From the IMG/VR virus record IMGVR_UViG_2862413135_000001, positions 234-64,233 of that record: a stretch of DNA of 64,000 nt; one strand, written 5' to 3'. The translations under genes were made by a program, and so were the position numbers. Positions 61,811-64,000 of this stretch are shown piece by piece. This DNA comes from a virus (Duplodnaviria > Caudoviricetes). The first letter of the stretch is position 1, and each line of letters opens with the position of its first letter. The notes beneath the pieces were generated by a model. It was not told the DNA's origin and made no database searches. It saw only the letters and a program-made list of their open reading frames with translations.

Positions 61811-62368
61811 ATGATGGCCGCCATGACAGAGGACCGGACCAACCTGGAGTGGGCGAAGCTCGCCGCCACTGCCAGGGCTGCACGTGAGGCGCGCGGCCTC
61901 TCACAGGGCAAGCTCGCAGAGCTGGCCGGCGTCAGCGAAGGCAGCGTCCAGAACCTCGAAAGCGGCAAACCGCGCAGCCGCATGCCGCAGACCGTGGCCA
62001 AGATTGAGCCATACCTCGGCTGGGGCGCAGGATCGGCGCGCGCCATCCTCGACGGAGGCGAGCCGATCCCCGCCGCCGTCCCCGGAGGCGGGTCAGCCGG
62101 CCCGGCCGCCACGGACAGGCTGCGCAGCAAACTTCCCCTGCGCGTCGTCGACGAGCTGGAGAGCGACGATCCCCTGATCGACTCTCAGGTCATCCAGCTG
62201 CCCGGGACGGGCGGGGCCCGCATGACGGTCGTCGTCCATGGCCGACCGGACGCGACGCCCGAGGAGATTCAGGAAGCCCTCCTCGCCTGGCGCAAGGCGG
62301 AGCGCAAGCTGCACCGGCAGCCTGACGACGACACCGAGGATCCGGCGCACGCAGCGAACGGTTCGTAA
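61811..62368 (+). CDS. CI-like XRE immunity repressor
   Basis: AREARGLSQGKLAELAGVSEGSVQNLESG..LGW. Confidence 0.85.
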   Translation: MMAAMTEDRTNLEWAKLAATARAAREARGLSQGKLAELAGVSEGSVQNLESGKPRSRMPQTVAKIEPYLGWGAGSARAILDGGEPIPAAVPGGGSAGPAATDRLRSKLPLRVVDELESDDPLIDSQVIQLPGTGGARMTVVVHGRPDATPEEIQEALLAWRKAERKLHRQPDDDTEDPAHAANGS

Positions 62369-62473
62369 CTACTTCCCCACTGAATGCGTTCGTCCCCTCC
62401 CCCCTTCGTCCGCAAGTGTGATCTCATGTCGGGACCACAATGGAGGGCCGCCCGTAGTGGTCTTGGGGGACCT

Positions 62474-62692
62474 ATGCCTGTGCGGGTTGAGTCAGTCTCG
62501 GGGATGCCGTGTGGCGTCCAGGTCTGGGTCGAGGACTGCGACGATGGAGACTTCAACGTCTACGTCGACGAGTCCCTGCTCAAAGAAGACGGTGCACTCG
62601 CGCTGCAGGAGATCTTCAACAGAACGATCACCTGCTGGAAACGGCTCGACGGACCGATGGTCCGCACCGCCCTCCGCGCGGTCACCGGCTGA
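62474..62692 (+). CDS. small acidic protein between repressor and integrase
   Basis: RBS GGGGGA; MPVRVESV...VYVDESL. Confidence 0.55.
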   Translation: MPVRVESVSGMPCGVQVWVEDCDDGDFNVYVDESLLKEDGALALQEIFNRTITCWKRLDGPMVRTALRAVTG

Positions 62693-62707
62693 ACCCCGAG
62701 GTGATCC

Positions 62708-64000
62708 ATGGCCCACGGAGAGAAGCGCGGCTACGACAAGCGAGCGCGCAAGTGGCGGTACCGAGGCCGGTACAAGCTCCCCGACGGTAAGTGGGGCTCA
62801 GTCTCCAGGGACGACAACGGCCAGCCCTTCTACACCGAGCGGGCGGCCGAGCAGTACGCCCACGGACTCGAAGTCGACGTGCGCCGCAAGCAGTTCATCA
62901 ATCCGCGCGACGGCCGGACCACGGTCGGGGCGTGGGCTGAGACCTGGCTCCCTTCGATCGAGGTGGCGCCGCTCACCGAGAAGGAATACCGGCTCAGGCT
63001 GAAGAACCAGATCCTCCCCCAGTGGGGAGGCGTGGCGATCGGAGAGCTGTCCCCCACAGCGATCGCCGCCTGGGAGAAGAAGCTGCGCGGCACCCTCTCG
63101 AAGAACTACGCGGACGCCGTCATGTCCACCTTCCGCACGATGATGGACGACGCGGTCGCCGAGAAACTGCGCGGCGACAACCCGGTGAGCGCGCGCAAGT
63201 CGGGCCGCCGCGGGAAGTACAAGCCGAAGCCGAAGGACGAGAAGGCCATCGCGACGCCGCGACAGGTGTTGCTCATCGCCCGCAACGCCCTGGAGATGCG
63301 GGGCCTGAACGAGTACGCCATCGTCCTCACCTCCGCCTACACGGGGCTGCGCATCGGCGAGCTGGCCGGCGTGCACCGCGACCAGTTGACGCTGAAGGAC
63401 ACCGAACGCGGAGCGCGGCTGCACTCGGTGCAACAGAGCCAGTACGTGGGCGGCGTCTTCACGGAGATCGACAACAAGTACGACTCCGGCCGCGGGTTGA
63501 TCCTGCCCCCCTTCCTTGCAGTCCTCCTTCAGCAGCTGCTCGACTCCCGGCCGGGCAGCGAGTGGGTGTTCACGGCGCCGAAGGGCGGCCGGCTGCTGCG
63601 CGGCGGGGACTGGTATGCGGAGACGTGGAAGCCGATCGTCGCGGGGCGAGCGCCTCGCGGTGTCGTCCGGGGAGCCAGGGCGCGCACCGGCATCCGGCCC
63701 GTGCTGGGCGTCGAGGGCCTGACTCCGCACGGCCTGCGGCACTCGCAGAAGGTCTGGCTGGACGAGGGGAATCACCCTAAGGTTGCTGTCGAGGCGCGGA
63801 TGGGGCATGAGCTCCCGGGCGTCGAGGGCACGTACTCGCACGTGACGTTGTCGATGGAGCTGGCGATCGCCGCCCATCTGCAACGGCTGTGGGAGGAGTC
63901 GCTGAGGGTCGTCGTCGACCGTCGCGAGTTCGGTCCCTATCCCCCGTTCGAAGCGCCCAGGCGCAAACGATCTCCCAAGCGTCTCCCAAACTCGATTTGA
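62708..64000 (+). CDS. int: tyrosine integrase
   Basis: TGLRIGE, HGLRH, MGH, catalytic Y (GTYSH); N-terminal arm-binding region. Confidence 0.95.
   Translation: MAHGEKRGYDKRARKWRYRGRYKLPDGKWGSVSRDDNGQPFYTERAAEQYAHGLEVDVRRKQFINPRDGRTTVGAWAETWLPSIEVAPLTEKEYRLRLKNQILPQWGGVAIGELSPTAIAAWEKKLRGTLSKNYADAVMSTFRTMMDDAVAEKLRGDNPVSARKSGRRGKYKPKPKDEKAIATPRQVLLIARNALEMRGLNEYAIVLTSAYTGLRIGELAGVHRDQLTLKDTERGARLHSVQQSQYVGGVFTEIDNKYDSGRGLILPPFLAVLLQQLLDSRPGSEWVFTAPKGGRLLRGGDWYAETWKPIVAGRAPRGVVRGARARTGIRPVLGVEGLTPHGLRHSQKVWLDEGNHPKVAVEARMGHELPGVEGTYSHVTLSMELAIAAHLQRLWEESLRVVVDRREFGPYPPFEAPRRKRSPKRLPNSI
63971..63989. repeat. possible integrase arm-type sites
   Basis: TCTCCCAA twice (63971, 63982) at 3' end of int. 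Confidence 0.4.

Larger units (their letters stand above)
173..64000. mobile_element. Temperate siphovirus-like prophage (probably near-complete); exact att boundaries not visible
   Basis: Contiguous integrase, repressor, replication, packaging, head, tail and lysis modules in canonical order; left end of the element is uncertain. Confidence 0.9.

Overview
High-GC actinobacterial DNA (Streptomyces-like gene families) that is almost entirely one temperate siphovirus-type prophage, read mostly on the minus strand. From right to left: tyrosine integrase, CI/Cro switch, RecE/RecT-like recombination and replication genes, a ~12 kb accessory block, a fibre plus sugar-modification module, HNH/terminase/portal/capsid, tail, lysis cassette and a terminal moron region with a serine resolvase. 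Two features stand out. (1) The accessory block is a Streptomyces plasmid/AICE-type conjugation module: KorSA/TraR-like GntR repressor with palindromic operators, Xis-like gene, Spd-like membrane protein, TraB-like FtsK/SpoIIIE translocase and a clt-like repeat array. It has no integrase or Rep of its own, so this is a candidate conjugative integrating prophage. (2) There is a likely virion-glycosylation pathway: a GT4 coupled to the capsid gene, plus GT2, methyltransferase, NDP-sugar epimerase and a PIG-L deacetylase, with Ser-terminated capsid and tail-tube proteins. att sites could not be identified. All family assignments come from motif recognition by eye, not database searches.
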